Assembly (NCBI GenBank): GCA_021791055.1
Contig: JAJYXI010000051.1
Coordinates: 1,653-65,652, forward strand
Origin: Nitrospirota bacterium
GTDB taxonomy: Bacteria > Nitrospirota > Thermodesulfovibrionia > Thermodesulfovibrionales > Dissulfurispiraceae
Direction of reading: 5' to 3'
DNA length: 64,000 nt
Of this stretch, positions 17,090-26,333 are shown in pieces. Every line of letters starts with the position of its first letter. Position 1 is the stretch's first letter. Position numbers and translations under genes: made by a program. The notes under the pieces were generated by a model. It ran no database searches, had not been told where the DNA came from, and saw nothing but the letters and a program-made list of their open reading frames with translations.

Positions 17090-18058
17090 TTAGAGATTTG
17101 AGGAATTGGATGGCAGAGGTGTTAGAGATTCTGGTTTGGTCGTCTGCTCGGTTGTGTCATTTTTCTTTGGAGTTGCAGCAGGGAAGCTTAGTGTCACAAC
17201 CTGACCTTTATCTCCAAGGTTTTCAAAATCTTTGCCATTAAATTTCAGTTTTACGCCTGCAGCATTTCCTACCAATACGCTTATAGACCGGTTGGCCTCG
17301 TAATTTACCTTTTCACCCGGATTCAGAAGTATCTCCTTTTTATCAGTGCCGTCAATAATCACCTGAATCCATGCCTTATCCGTAGCAGTTATATTAAGAT
17401 TGTGCTTCCTTTTCTGGGCCGTCTTATTTTTATCATCAGGCTTGTCCTGTATGGTTACAGGCACATTTGTCATGGCTGTTGTATTAGCAGGCTGTGTTAC
17501 TTTTTCTTTAGATGCCTCCTCTGTTTGCACATGAGGAGTAATCTCAGGTGTTTTGTACTGTACTCCTGGTTCAATCTTTTGTTTCACCGATGAAACATTC
17601 TTGCCATGTGGGATCAGCCAGTAGATAACAACAACTGCTGCAACCGCAATAGCAGCCCATGATATCCTTTGAACAAATTCTTTACTCCGAGATGTCTCTT
17701 TTTCCTCAGGCTTTTCGAGACTTGGCGATTCTAATTCAGCAACAGGGATTTCAGTAATATCTTTTTGTGGATTACTCTCTATCAGTCTATGCGATAAATC
17801 TTTATCAGACTCTTTATTCCTTTTCCCTTTTAGCTCTTCCAGATATGCTTCGTAAGGTTCGATTGCTTCATCAGGGGAATATCTAAGAAATTTTGCATAC
17901 TCCCTTATATACCCTTTTGTATACACTTCAACAGGTAATTTTGCAAAATCCTCTTCTTCTATTGCCTTTAGATAACTCGACCTTATTCGCGTTATCCTGG
18001 CAATATCATTCAGCTCCCTGCCGAGCTTTTCTCTTTGTTCTTTAAGGGGCTTTGTCAT
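17090..18058 (-). CDS. rodZ: RodZ-like cytoskeleton-associated protein (HTH-TM-DUF4115)
   Basis: N-terminal HTH ...IRSSYLKAIEEEDFAKLP..YTKGYIREYAKFL, a central TM helix, and a C-terminal AWIQVIIDG...GNAAGVKLKFNG. Confidence 0.75.
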   Translation of the reverse strand: MTKPLKEQREKLGRELNDIARITRIRSSYLKAIEEEDFAKLPVEVYTKGYIREYAKFLRYSPDEAIEPYEAYLEELKGKRNKESDKDLSHRLIESNPQKDITEIPVAELESPSLEKPEEKETSRSKEFVQRISWAAIAVAAVVVIYWLIPHGKNVSSVKQKIEPGVQYKTPEITPHVQTEEASKEKVTQPANTTAMTNVPVTIQDKPDDKNKTAQKRKHNLNITATDKAWIQVIIDGTDKKEILLNPGEKVNYEANRSISVLVGNAAGVKLKFNGKDFENLGDKGQVVTLSFPAATPKKNDTTEQTTKPESLTPLPSNSSNL

Positions 18059-18143
18059 ATATATGGTATAAATTTACCACAAGTTCGAAATAAATGAAAG
18101 AGTTAACTATATCTGTAAACCAATTATGTTAATATAGTTTACA

Positions 18144-19439
18144 ATGAAAAAGGTAGTTATTACAGGTATTGGTGCAGTTACACCGCTATCAGATAATTTT
18201 CCTGATTCTTGGTCTCTTGTAAAAAAAGGTGTTTCAGGAATAGACAGGATTACAAAGTTCGATGTCTTGGGCTCGCCTTGGAAAATGGCAGGAGAAGTTA
18301 AGAAGTTCAAACCTGAGTTGTATTTATCCAAAAAGGAGATTCTGCGGCTCGACCCTTTTGTGCAGTATGCAGTCGCATCGGCAATGATGGCTGCTGAAAA
18401 TGCGGGACTGGTAAAACAGAGGTCAGAAGTCAGAAGTCAGAAGTCAGCACCCCCCCAGCCCCCCCTTACCAAGGGGGGGATTAGAGGGGGGGTTATAATA
18501 GGGTCAAGCAGGGGAGGAATAACTACAATAGAAAAAGAACTGCAAAAATTATACGGTTCGCGGTTCACGGTTCACGGTTCACGGATTTCGCCCTATCTTA
18601 TGCCGTCTACCACTATCAGCATGGCTGCATCTTATGCGGCGCAGAAATTAGGCATCAAGGGTCATTGTTTAGGCATCTCCAATGCATGTGCATCCGGGAC
18701 AAATGCCATTGGAGAGGCGTACAGACTGATAAGGCATGGCTATGCAGACATAATTATAGCAGGCGGAGCTGAAGCGCCAGTGTGCAGGCTATGCGTAGAA
18801 GGATACGGCATTTCGGGTGCATTATCAAAAACAGATAATCCATCTGCAAGCAAACCTTTTGACAGGAAAAGAGATAGCTTTGTCATTGCTGAAGGAGCCT
18901 GTGTCTTGGTGCTTGAAGGATATGAATCTGCATTAAAGAGAAATGCTACAATCTATGCCGAAATAATTGGTTACAGCAACACAACAGACGCCTTTCATAT
19001 AACAAGGCCTGATATTGAAGGTGAGGTGATAGCAATACGCACCGCACTTGAAGATGCAGGGATATCACCAACAGATGTTGATTATATCAATGCACATGGA
19101 ACATCTACGCCAATTGGGGATAAGACAGAGGCAGAGGCAATAAAAGGGGTCTTCAAAAATAGCGTATCACGAATACCTGCCAAAATTCCTGTCACTTCAA
19201 TAAAATCAATGACAGGACACATGCTTGCGGCATCAGGCGCATTCGAAACAGCATGCACTGCAGTGAGTATTAAAGAAGGCATTATACCTCCGACAATTAA
19301 TGTTACAGAAAAAGACCCTGAGTGTGACATTAATATTGTGACGGAAAAAAGAAATGCTGACATCAGAATTGCCATAACTAACTCATTTGGATTTGGAGGG
19401 GTAAATGCGGTGATAGTTCTGAAAAAGATAATGGAGTGA
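18144..19439 (+). CDS. fabF: Beta-ketoacyl-ACP synthase II-like
   Basis: Active-site ACASGTNAIG, HGTSTPIGD and GHMLAASG. About 20 extra residues come from two in-frame repeat inserts. Confidence 0.9.
   Translation: MKKVVITGIGAVTPLSDNFPDSWSLVKKGVSGIDRITKFDVLGSPWKMAGEVKKFKPELYLSKKEILRLDPFVQYAVASAMMAAENAGLVKQRSEVRSQKSAPPQPPLTKGGIRGGVIIGSSRGGITTIEKELQKLYGSRFTVHGSRISPYLMPSTTISMAASYAAQKLGIKGHCLGISNACASGTNAIGEAYRLIRHGYADIIIAGGAEAPVCRLCVEGYGISGALSKTDNPSASKPFDRKRDSFVIAEGACVLVLEGYESALKRNATIYAEIIGYSNTTDAFHITRPDIEGEVIAIRTALEDAGISPTDVDYINAHGTSTPIGDKTEAEAIKGVFKNSVSRIPAKIPVTSIKSMTGHMLAASGAFETACTAVSIKEGIIPPTINVTEKDPECDINIVTEKRNADIRIAITNSFGFGGVNAVIVLKKIME
18422..18447. repeat. Tandem heptamers (GTCAGAA, 3.7 units) in frame in fabF
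   Basis: gtcagaa gtcagaa gtcagaa gtcag. Confidence 0.9.
18450..18492. repeat. Nested C-run/G-run palindromic element in frame in fabF
   Basis: C7-AG-C7-TTACCAA-G7-ATTAGA-G7, translated as PPQPPLTKGGIRGG. Confidence 0.85.
18554..18584. repeat. Tandem heptamers (CGGTTCA, about 4 units) in frame in fabF
   Basis: cggttcg cggttca cggttca cggttca cgg. This is the reverse complement of the murF array. Confidence 0.9.
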
Positions 19440-19508
19440 TGGAGTATTGAAAAGACTAAAAAGATTGAGAATTAAAAGGCCATTATTCCAACACTCCATT
19501 ACTCCATT
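19430..19508. terminator. Long hairpin formed by inverted octamer arrays between the convergent fabF and GNAT-1 genes; possible bidirectional terminator
   Basis: AATGGAGTGATGGAGTATTG (19430-19449) matches the reverse complement of CAACACTCCATTACTCCATT (19489-19508) at 18 of 20 positions, with a 39-nt loop. Both stop codons lie inside the arms. Confidence 0.5.
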
Positions 19509-19523
19509 ACTCCATTACTCCAC
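19489..19523. repeat. Octamer tandem array (ACTCCATT, about 4 units) containing the GNAT-1 stop codon
   Basis: caacactcc attactcc attactcc attactcc ac. Confidence 0.85.
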
Positions 19524-20631
19524 TTATTTTCTTCTCATAAACCCTGTACCTTTTATAAAGTCTCGCTCCGAACATTTCACAAATTCTTATAACAGAAATG
19601 TTGTCTTCAAGAATCCACGAAAACTCTATTCTCTTATACCCGCCTTTTTTAATGTTCTTATGTCCCACTTTAAACAAAAGCGCATCAACACCCCTGTTGC
19701 GATATTCGGGCTTAATGCCATAGAGCAACAATCTAAGGTCGGTGATTTTCCTTGAATAATAAAGCGCCTTTAGTATGGTTATGGGATTAAGTCTTCCCCC
19801 CATATGCCTCAGGACAAAATTAAAATCCGGGATAAGGCCGAGGAATCCGATAGGCTCCCCATCCTTTTCTGCAATAAGGGTCAAATCCGGGACTGCCAAG
19901 GGCTTCAGCCTGCCTGCGCTGTAAGCAAGCTCTTCATCACTAATCGGAATAAAGCCCCAGTTCTTCTCCCATGCAGAATTATAGACATTCTGGAAAATCT
20001 TCATATCAGCCATGAAATTCTTTTTATCAATAGTCCTGACTGTTATTCCTTTTCTCTCAGCCAATGCAGCTACTCTCAAAACCTTCTCCGGCAATTCCTC
20101 CTGCATATCGTAAATATATGCATGGAGGTCTTTTGATTTTGACATGCCGAAGGCAGTCATCAGATCATTGTAATACGGAAGATTGTAAGGCATCATGAGC
20201 ATTGGAGGACTGTCGAATCCTTCGATTAAAAAACCGCACTCCTCATTTGTGGAAAAATTCATAGGCCCGCGCATTGTCTCCATACCTTGATTTTTCAGTT
20301 CATTCTGGACTCTGCTCAACAAGGCACCTGAGACAGTGCTGTCATTGATGCACTCAAAAAAACCGAAGAATCCTGCCTTTTCTTTATGCAGCCTGATATG
20401 CTGAGGATTTATAATTGATGCTATGCGGCCGGCAATATTCCCGTCTTTCACTGCCAGAAAAAATTTTACATCCGCGTGTTTTAAAAATGGGTTTTTATCC
20501 GAAAAATGCCCCTTCATGTCCCATGTCAATTGAGGGACATAAAGATTATCGTTTTTGTAAAGATCGAGGGGGAATTTTATAAAGGCATTAATTTCTGATC
20601 TTGTTTTGGTTTCTATTATTTTAATCATCAT
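19507..20631 (-). CDS. GNAT-like N-acyltransferase, about 370-aa family, paralogue 1
   Basis: 74 of the first ~96 residues (INAFIKF...GFFECIND) are identical to 21513-22622. GIKPEYRNRGVD resembles the acyl-CoA binding loop. Confidence 0.6.
   Translation of the reverse strand: MMIKIIETKTRSEINAFIKFPLDLYKNDNLYVPQLTWDMKGHFSDKNPFLKHADVKFFLAVKDGNIAGRIASIINPQHIRLHKEKAGFFGFFECINDSTVSGALLSRVQNELKNQGMETMRGPMNFSTNEECGFLIEGFDSPPMLMMPYNLPYYNDLMTAFGMSKSKDLHAYIYDMQEELPEKVLRVAALAERKGITVRTIDKKNFMADMKIFQNVYNSAWEKNWGFIPISDEELAYSAGRLKPLAVPDLTLIAEKDGEPIGFLGLIPDFNFVLRHMGGRLNPITILKALYYSRKITDLRLLLYGIKPEYRNRGVDALLFKVGHKNIKKGGYKRIEFSWILEDNISVIRICEMFGARLYKRYRVYEKKISGVME
20376..20565. repeat. 190-nt near-identical tract, copy 1 (5' part of GNAT paralogue 1)
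   Basis: By hand alignment at a constant offset of 1994 nt, it differs from 22370-22559 at only 2 positions. Confidence 0.85.
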
Positions 20632-20718
20632 TAAAAAGTAAATAGTATGCTGAATTTAGCGATAGGAGATAAAGTATTGGAGCGACTTCGGCAGCCCAAG
20701 CGTAATATGAAAATAATA

Positions 20719-21459
20719 AATAGGGACAGCGACCATTTATTGACATAAATAGAATGGATGCTTTACTATTAGCGCATGCCGAGAATAGCCAGAGCAGTTG
20801 CAGTCGGATTCCCACATCATATCACTCAGCGGGGTAACTATCGTCAGAGAGTCTTTGAAAACGATGATGATTACCTCCAGTATTTGGAATGGTTGCAGAT
20901 GTACAGCAAAAAATATGCTTTGAAGATATGGGGCTACTGCCTCATGAGCAATCATGTGCACTTCATAGCTGTGCCTATGGAAGGCGATTCCCTTTCAAAG
21001 ACCTTTAACACCCTTCATATGAGATATTCACAGCACATCAACTCAAGACAAGAAAACAGAGGACACCTATGGCAAGGACGCTTCTTTTCCTGTGCGCTTG
21101 ATGAAAGACATCTCTATGCTGCTATGCGATATGTAGAAAATAATTCCGTAAAGGCTCGTCTTGTTAAGAAGGCTGAAAATTACCGTTGGTCAAGCGCCCG
21201 CGCTCATGCAACGGGAACGATTGATGCGGTCTTAGCAAATGACTGTTATATGGTTGAAAGAATAAAAGATTGGTCGGCATATCTCAGGGAGAAAGAGGAT
21301 ACAATATTAGTAGCGGATATTCGGCAAAGCACAAAGACGGGTCGCCCATGTGGAGACAACAGGTTTGTAATGAAGATGGAGAAGCTGCTCGGAAGGAAAC
21401 TGATTGCCTTGCCGAAAGGAAGACCTCGCAAAACAAATTAAACGGGCGCTGTCCCTATT
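20719..21459 (+). mobile_element. RAYT unit bounded by a 13-nt inverted repeat
   Basis: AATAGGGACAGCG (20719-20731) and its reverse complement CGCTGTCCCTATT (21447-21459) bracket the RAYT ORF. Confidence 0.6.
20776..21441 (+). CDS. REP-associated tyrosine transposase (RAYT, IS200/IS605 Y1 superfamily)
   Basis: HHITQRGN, HUH motif SNHVHFIA, RYVENNSV Tyr motif, YRWSS. Confidence 0.85.
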   Translation: MPRIARAVAVGFPHHITQRGNYRQRVFENDDDYLQYLEWLQMYSKKYALKIWGYCLMSNHVHFIAVPMEGDSLSKTFNTLHMRYSQHINSRQENRGHLWQGRFFSCALDERHLYAAMRYVENNSVKARLVKKAENYRWSSARAHATGTIDAVLANDCYMVERIKDWSAYLREKEDTILVADIRQSTKTGRPCGDNRFVMKMEKLLGRKLIALPKGRPRKTN

Positions 21460-21512
21460 AAAACTATGGGGTGATTACCCGCGCTGGTTAAGGCCATCGT
21501 TCTAAAAACGAT

Positions 21513-22622
21513 TTAGCCTATTGCCTTCTCATATATCCTGTACTTCTTATACAGCCTTCCCTCTACCATTTCCGAAATCCTTATTACAGGGATATTGTCT
21601 TCAAGTATCCACGAAAATTCAACCCTCTTGTAATTTCCGTCCTTTATCCCTTTAAATCCATACCTGAGAAGCAGGGCGTCAACCCCCCTGCTTCTGTATT
21701 CCGGCTTAATTCCTAAAAGGAGCAGCCTGAGGTCCGTGATCTTTCTTGAATAATAAAGCGCCTTGAGGATAGACACAGGGTTAAGCCTGCCGTTCATCCT
21801 TTTCAAAACAAAATTATAATCCGGTACCAATCCAAGAAAGCCGACCTGCTCGCCGTCTTTTTCCGCAATAAGCGTCAGTTCAGGGACAGCGATAGGCTTA
21901 AGCTTTCCTGCGTTGTAAGCAAGCTCCTCATCGGAAAGAGGGACAAATCCCCAATTCCCTTGCCATGCCGAATTATAGAGTCTTTGAAACGCCTGCATGT
22001 CCGTCATAAAATTCTTTTTGTCGATGTGCCTGACACTAATTCCCTTCCTCTCTGCCAGTGCAGCCACCCTTAAAACCTTTTCAGGCAATCTCTCTTTGGT
22101 ATGATAAATAAAGGCGTAGAGGTCTTTTGATTTGACCATTCCATAAGCATCCACCAAGTCATTGTAATAAGGCGGATTGTAAGGGGTCATGAGCATAGGA
22201 GAAGTATCAAACCCCTCTGTTAAAAAACCGCACTCCTCATTCGTGGAAAAATTCATAGGGCCGCGCATAATATCCATGCCCTGACCTTTTAATTCATCCC
22301 GCACCTTATTTAACAATGCATCGGAAATTTCACGGTCGTTAATGCATTCAAAAAATCCGAAAAACCCGGCCTTTTCTTTATGCAACCTGATATGCTGAGG
22401 ATTTATAATTGATGCTATGCGACCGGCAATATTCCCGTCTTTCACTGCCAGAAAAAATTTTACATCCGCGTGTTTTAAAAATGGGTTTTTATCCGAAAAA
22501 TGCCCCTTCATGTCCCATGTCAATTGAGGGACATAAAGATTATCGTTTTTGTAAAGATCAAGCGGAAATTTTATGAATGCATTAATATCTGATTTTGTCT
22601 TGATTTCTATTATGTTAATCAT
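21513..22622 (-). CDS. GNAT-like N-acyltransferase, paralogue 2 (start placed at MINIIEIK)
   Basis: Collinear with 19507-20631. The long-ORF extension up to 22697 has no counterpart in paralogue 1. Confidence 0.6.
   Translation of the reverse strand: MINIIEIKTKSDINAFIKFPLDLYKNDNLYVPQLTWDMKGHFSDKNPFLKHADVKFFLAVKDGNIAGRIASIINPQHIRLHKEKAGFFGFFECINDREISDALLNKVRDELKGQGMDIMRGPMNFSTNEECGFLTEGFDTSPMLMTPYNPPYYNDLVDAYGMVKSKDLYAFIYHTKERLPEKVLRVAALAERKGISVRHIDKKNFMTDMQAFQRLYNSAWQGNWGFVPLSDEELAYNAGKLKPIAVPELTLIAEKDGEQVGFLGLVPDYNFVLKRMNGRLNPVSILKALYYSRKITDLRLLLLGIKPEYRSRGVDALLLRYGFKGIKDGNYKRVEFSWILEDNIPVIRISEMVEGRLYKKYRIYEKAIG
22370..22559. repeat. 190-nt near-identical tract, copy 2 (5' part of GNAT paralogue 2)
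   Basis: See 20376-20565. The flanking gene sequence is visibly much more diverged. Confidence 0.85.
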
Positions 22623-22785
22623 TATTAAAAAAAATATGCTTAATTTCAAGATATAAGATAACGTATTGTAGCGACTTCGGCAGCCCAAGCGTAACATGGA
22701 TGTTTAAGCGGGCTGGCGCAGCTTCGGAGGCAGGCCGGATGCCTTCCGAGAATGAAGCGGAAATACGTTATCTCCTATCATAAAG

Positions 22786-23979
22786 TTATATCAACTCCAG
22801 TGCCTTGCCAACCTTTTTGAATGCATCAAGCACCTTATCGAGATGCTCGTCTGTATGCGTGGCCATGTAGCTCGTTCTTATTAGCGCCTTTCCAGGAGGC
22901 ACTGCCGGAGAAACAGCAACATTTGCAAATACTCCCTCCTCCTGAAGCATCATCACGAATTTAAAAGCCACTTCATCCTCTCCCACGATGATGGGGATAA
23001 TGGGAGTCTCGCTGGGCCCTATTTCAAAGCCGAGTTCTTTAAAGCCTTTAAGCATTCTATGGGTATTTTCCCAGAGCCTTTCTATTCTTTCAGGCTCGCT
23101 CTCGATAATGTCCAGTGCGGAGCTTACAGCCGCTATCGATGCAGGAGGCGGGCTTGCGCTGAATATCAATGCCCTCGCAAAGTGCTTAATATAATGAATA
23201 ACATCCGCATCGCCTGCTATAAAACCGCCTATGGATGCAAGGGATTTGCTGTATGTGCCCATTATCAAATCCACCTCATTCTCTAAGCCGAAATGCTCTG
23301 CAGTGCCTCTGCCTGTCTTTCCCAAGACACCGATTCCGTGCGCATCATCAACCAGAAGCCTTGCGCCGTATTTCTTGGTTATCTTCAATACTTCGGGGAG
23401 ATTGATAACATCTCCCTCCATGCTGAATACTCCGTCAACGACAACGAGCTTACCTCTGCCGTTATTCTCATTGAGTATTCTCTCAAGGTCAGCCATGTCA
23501 TTGTGCTTGAACCGCTTGACCTCTCCATATGAGAGCCTGCAGCCGTCAACAATGCTTGCATGATCCATCTTGTCGATTATGACAATATCATCTTTTCCGA
23601 CAAGTGCGGATATTACTCCTAAATTGACCTGAAAACCTGTAGAAAACACAAGGGCAGCATCTTTCCTCATAAAACGGGCAAGCTTTTCTTCAAGTCTCAC
23701 ATGTATGTCGAGCGTCCCGTTAAGAAACCTTGAGCCTGCGCAGCCTGTACCGTATTTTTTTACAGCCTCAATTGCCGCCTCTTTGACCTTCGGATGATTG
23801 GTAAGTCCGAGATAATTGTTTGAACCAACCATTATCATCTTTCTGCCGTTTATTATTACCTCGGGATCCTGTGCGCTCTCTATTACCCTAAAAAAAGGAT
23901 AAACTCCTATCTTCTGCAGTTCCTTGGCGGTATTAAATTTAAAGCACTTTTCAAATATGTCTGTAGTTTTCATATCCAT
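22786..23979 (-). CDS. PLP-dependent alpha-oxoamine synthase (serine palmitoyltransferase / Kbl / BioF family)
   Basis: [26 protein letters not shown] (PLP Lys). The start is at 23979 or 23973; the latter gives an ATGA overlap with the SDR gene. A separate bioF is present at 63175. Confidence 0.8.
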   Translation of the reverse strand: MDMKTTDIFEKCFKFNTAKELQKIGVYPFFRVIESAQDPEVIINGRKMIMVGSNNYLGLTNHPKVKEAAIEAVKKYGTGCAGSRFLNGTLDIHVRLEEKLARFMRKDAALVFSTGFQVNLGVISALVGKDDIVIIDKMDHASIVDGCRLSYGEVKRFKHNDMADLERILNENNGRGKLVVVDGVFSMEGDVINLPEVLKITKKYGARLLVDDAHGIGVLGKTGRGTAEHFGLENEVDLIMGTYSKSLASIGGFIAGDADVIHYIKHFARALIFSASPPPASIAAVSSALDIIESEPERIERLWENTHRMLKGFKELGFEIGPSETPIIPIIVGEDEVAFKFVMMLQEEGVFANVAVSPAVPPGKALIRTSYMATHTDEHLDKVLDAFKKVGKALELI

Positions 23980-24932
23980 TGATGTATCCTGTACCAGTCT
24001 GCTGTCCATCTTGCTCCTTCCTTTATTTTTACCTTTGGCTCAAACTTCAGCCTCTCTGTTGCCCTGGTCGTGTCACAAATCCATTGAGAATGCCGCATCT
24101 CTTTTATTTTATCAGTATTAATTATACTTGCCCCTTTTGCCTTTTCAGAGATAAATCCAAGCAGCGGCATAACAAACTTCGGTATATTCAATTTCATCGG
24201 CCTCCTTTGCAGTGCATCGGATATCGCCTCAATAATATCATCAGTGGAATAAATATTGCCATCCGACATGAAGAAAGTCTCACCTTCTGCATCCTTGCTC
24301 AGAGCAGAGAGTATTATACCATTTATTAAATCTTCAACATATAAAAAAGAGTAATAGCACTTGCCCCAATATGGGATTACACCTGATTTTACCATCTTAA
24401 AGAAGACCAGCAGATCCCTGTCTCTCGGGCCGTAAACTGCAGGAGGCCTTATAACAGTCACGGGCATATTTTTACTTTGTGCTAAAACTATTTTTTCTCC
24501 CTCCAATTTTGTTCTTCCGTAAACAGAAACAGGCATCGGCTCACAATCTTCTTTCAGAGGCTTTCCATCGCAGCTTGGCCCTGCAGCAGCAAGGCTGCTC
24601 AGATAGACAAATCTCTTAATATTAGGATTATTCGCAAGCACTGCCTGTACGATGTTCTCTGTCCCTCTAACATTTGCATTAAAGAAATCCGCTTCGGAGC
24701 ATGCCTTTGTCAGCCCTGCAAGATGAAAGATATTATCCATATCTCCGACAGCATCATGAAGAGAGCTAATGTTAGTGCAATCTCCTCTCACAATCCTGAC
24801 ATTGAGATCTTCAAGATACCTCAAATTTGATGGATTTCTTACAAGACAGGTAACATCAAAACCTTCACGAATCAGGGCACCTGCAAGATGGCTCCCTATA
24901 AAACCTGTTGCACCAGTAATCAGGGCTTTCAT
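23970..24932 (-). CDS. NAD(P)-dependent epimerase/dehydratase-family reductase (extended SDR)
   Basis: [10 protein letters not shown] Rossmann motif and YGRTK catalytic YxxxK. Confidence 0.8.
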   Translation of the reverse strand: MKALITGATGFIGSHLAGALIREGFDVTCLVRNPSNLRYLEDLNVRIVRGDCTNISSLHDAVGDMDNIFHLAGLTKACSEADFFNANVRGTENIVQAVLANNPNIKRFVYLSSLAAAGPSCDGKPLKEDCEPMPVSVYGRTKLEGEKIVLAQSKNMPVTVIRPPAVYGPRDRDLLVFFKMVKSGVIPYWGKCYYSFLYVEDLINGIILSALSKDAEGETFFMSDGNIYSTDDIIEAISDALQRRPMKLNIPKFVMPLLGFISEKAKGASIINTDKIKEMRHSQWICDTTRATERLKFEPKVKIKEGARWTADWYRIHQWI

Positions 24933-24970
24933 AAATCTTGGTTTATTCTAAGGAATATCCAGCACTTTTT

Positions 24971-26272
24971 TCAAGGAATTCTTCTGACCTTAACTTTAAG
25001 TCCTTCAACACCCTCAACAATCACCCTCTCATCCTTATGTATGACATTATCCGAATATGCAGACCAGTATTCACCATGAACAATGACCATGCCGCCTTCA
25101 GGCGTAATATCTGTCTTTGCAACTCCCTCTAAACCGACAAGGCCTTCAACACCTGTTACAGGCTTTCTTTTATATGCCCTGTAGGCGAGCCTGAATGTGA
25201 GGACAAAAAACATGGCGGTTACAATAGCAGCAGGAATGATTACAGTAAGGGAAAGCTTTAAAAATGGCAACGGTGACTCAAAGAGCATCAATGAGCCGAG
25301 AACAATAGATATTATACCTCCAATCGTAAGCATTCCGTATGATATGACCTTTACTTCGAGTATGAAGAGGATAAGGCCGATGATAATAAGCAAAAGTCCT
25401 GCATAATTCACAGGGAGGGTCTGGAAGGAATAGAAGGCAAGGACAAGACAGATGCCTCCAACCACGCCCGGAAATATGGCGCCCGGATTTGTGAGCTCAA
25501 AAAACAGTCCGTAAAAACCGAGCATCATGAGTATATATGCCACATTGGGATCGCTTATTAAATTCAAAATCTTGTGCCTGAAGCTCATCTCATGCCTGAT
25601 AATTTTTGCATTGGCTGTCTTTAATGTTTTGTCTCCATAGGCGGTTTTTACCATCCTGCCGTCTATTTCGGAAAGGAGTATGTTTATATCCTTTGCAATT
25701 ACATCGATAATATTGTTTTTCAATGCCTCTGTCTCTGTAACAGAAACGCTCTTTCTCACAGCATCCTCCGCCCATTTGACATTCCTGCTGCGGGTCTCTG
25801 CGATGGACTTAATATAAGCAGCAGCATCGTTCGTGGCCTTTTCAGCCATCACCTTGTCCATCTTCTCACCCACTGCAACTGGATGCGCAGCGCCTATATT
25901 TGTGCCGGGCGACATTGCAGCGATATGCGCAGCCATTGTTATAAAAACCCCTGCTGACGCAGCCCTTGCACCGCTCGGTGAGACATAAACTATCACAGGA
26001 ACACTGCTTCCGATAATATCCTTCACAATACTCCTCATGGATGTATCAAGGCCACCGGGGGTATCGAGTTCGATAATCAGCGCCTCTGCATTCATTTCTG
26101 CCGCCTTTTTAATGGATTTGCCTATATACTCTGAAGCAACAGGATTGATAACACCATTGACAGTAATGACGAGCACTTCGGATTTTCTGTTTTCGACAGA
26201 ATACAGCAAGGGACTTAAAAAGAGAACAGTAGAGATAAAAATAAGTGCGAGAAAAACAAACTTCCTATTCAT
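24971..26272 (-). CDS. nfeD: NfeD-family membrane-bound ClpP-class serine protease
   Basis: Signal peptide, ClpP-like domain (IELDTPGG, SAGVFI), four TM helices and a C-terminal OB-like NfeD domain. Confidence 0.8.
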   Translation of the reverse strand: MNRKFVFLALIFISTVLFLSPLLYSVENRKSEVLVITVNGVINPVASEYIGKSIKKAAEMNAEALIIELDTPGGLDTSMRSIVKDIIGSSVPVIVYVSPSGARAASAGVFITMAAHIAAMSPGTNIGAAHPVAVGEKMDKVMAEKATNDAAAYIKSIAETRSRNVKWAEDAVRKSVSVTETEALKNNIIDVIAKDINILLSEIDGRMVKTAYGDKTLKTANAKIIRHEMSFRHKILNLISDPNVAYILMMLGFYGLFFELTNPGAIFPGVVGGICLVLAFYSFQTLPVNYAGLLLIIIGLILFILEVKVISYGMLTIGGIISIVLGSLMLFESPLPFLKLSLTVIIPAAIVTAMFFVLTFRLAYRAYKRKPVTGVEGLVGLEGVAKTDITPEGGMVIVHGEYWSAYSDNVIHKDERVIVEGVEGLKVKVRRIP

Positions 26273-26333
26273 GTAGAATTATAACATGAAAAATAGCACC
26301 TGAAGCGAAAGCCAGTTATGCTTATCACAGATA

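Noticed and set aside
22698-22785. A GC-rich imperfect hairpin (cttcggaggcaggccggatgccttccgag) between the alpha-oxoamine synthase and GNAT-2, considered as a possible riboswitch or attenuator.
   Set aside because: It is a single short imperfect stem with no recognisable conserved riboswitch core, so it could simply be an intercistronic structure.
24971-26272. NfeD protease without the usual adjacent SPFH/stomatin partner.
   Set aside because: The partner may be encoded elsewhere. Absence within a single window is not informative.
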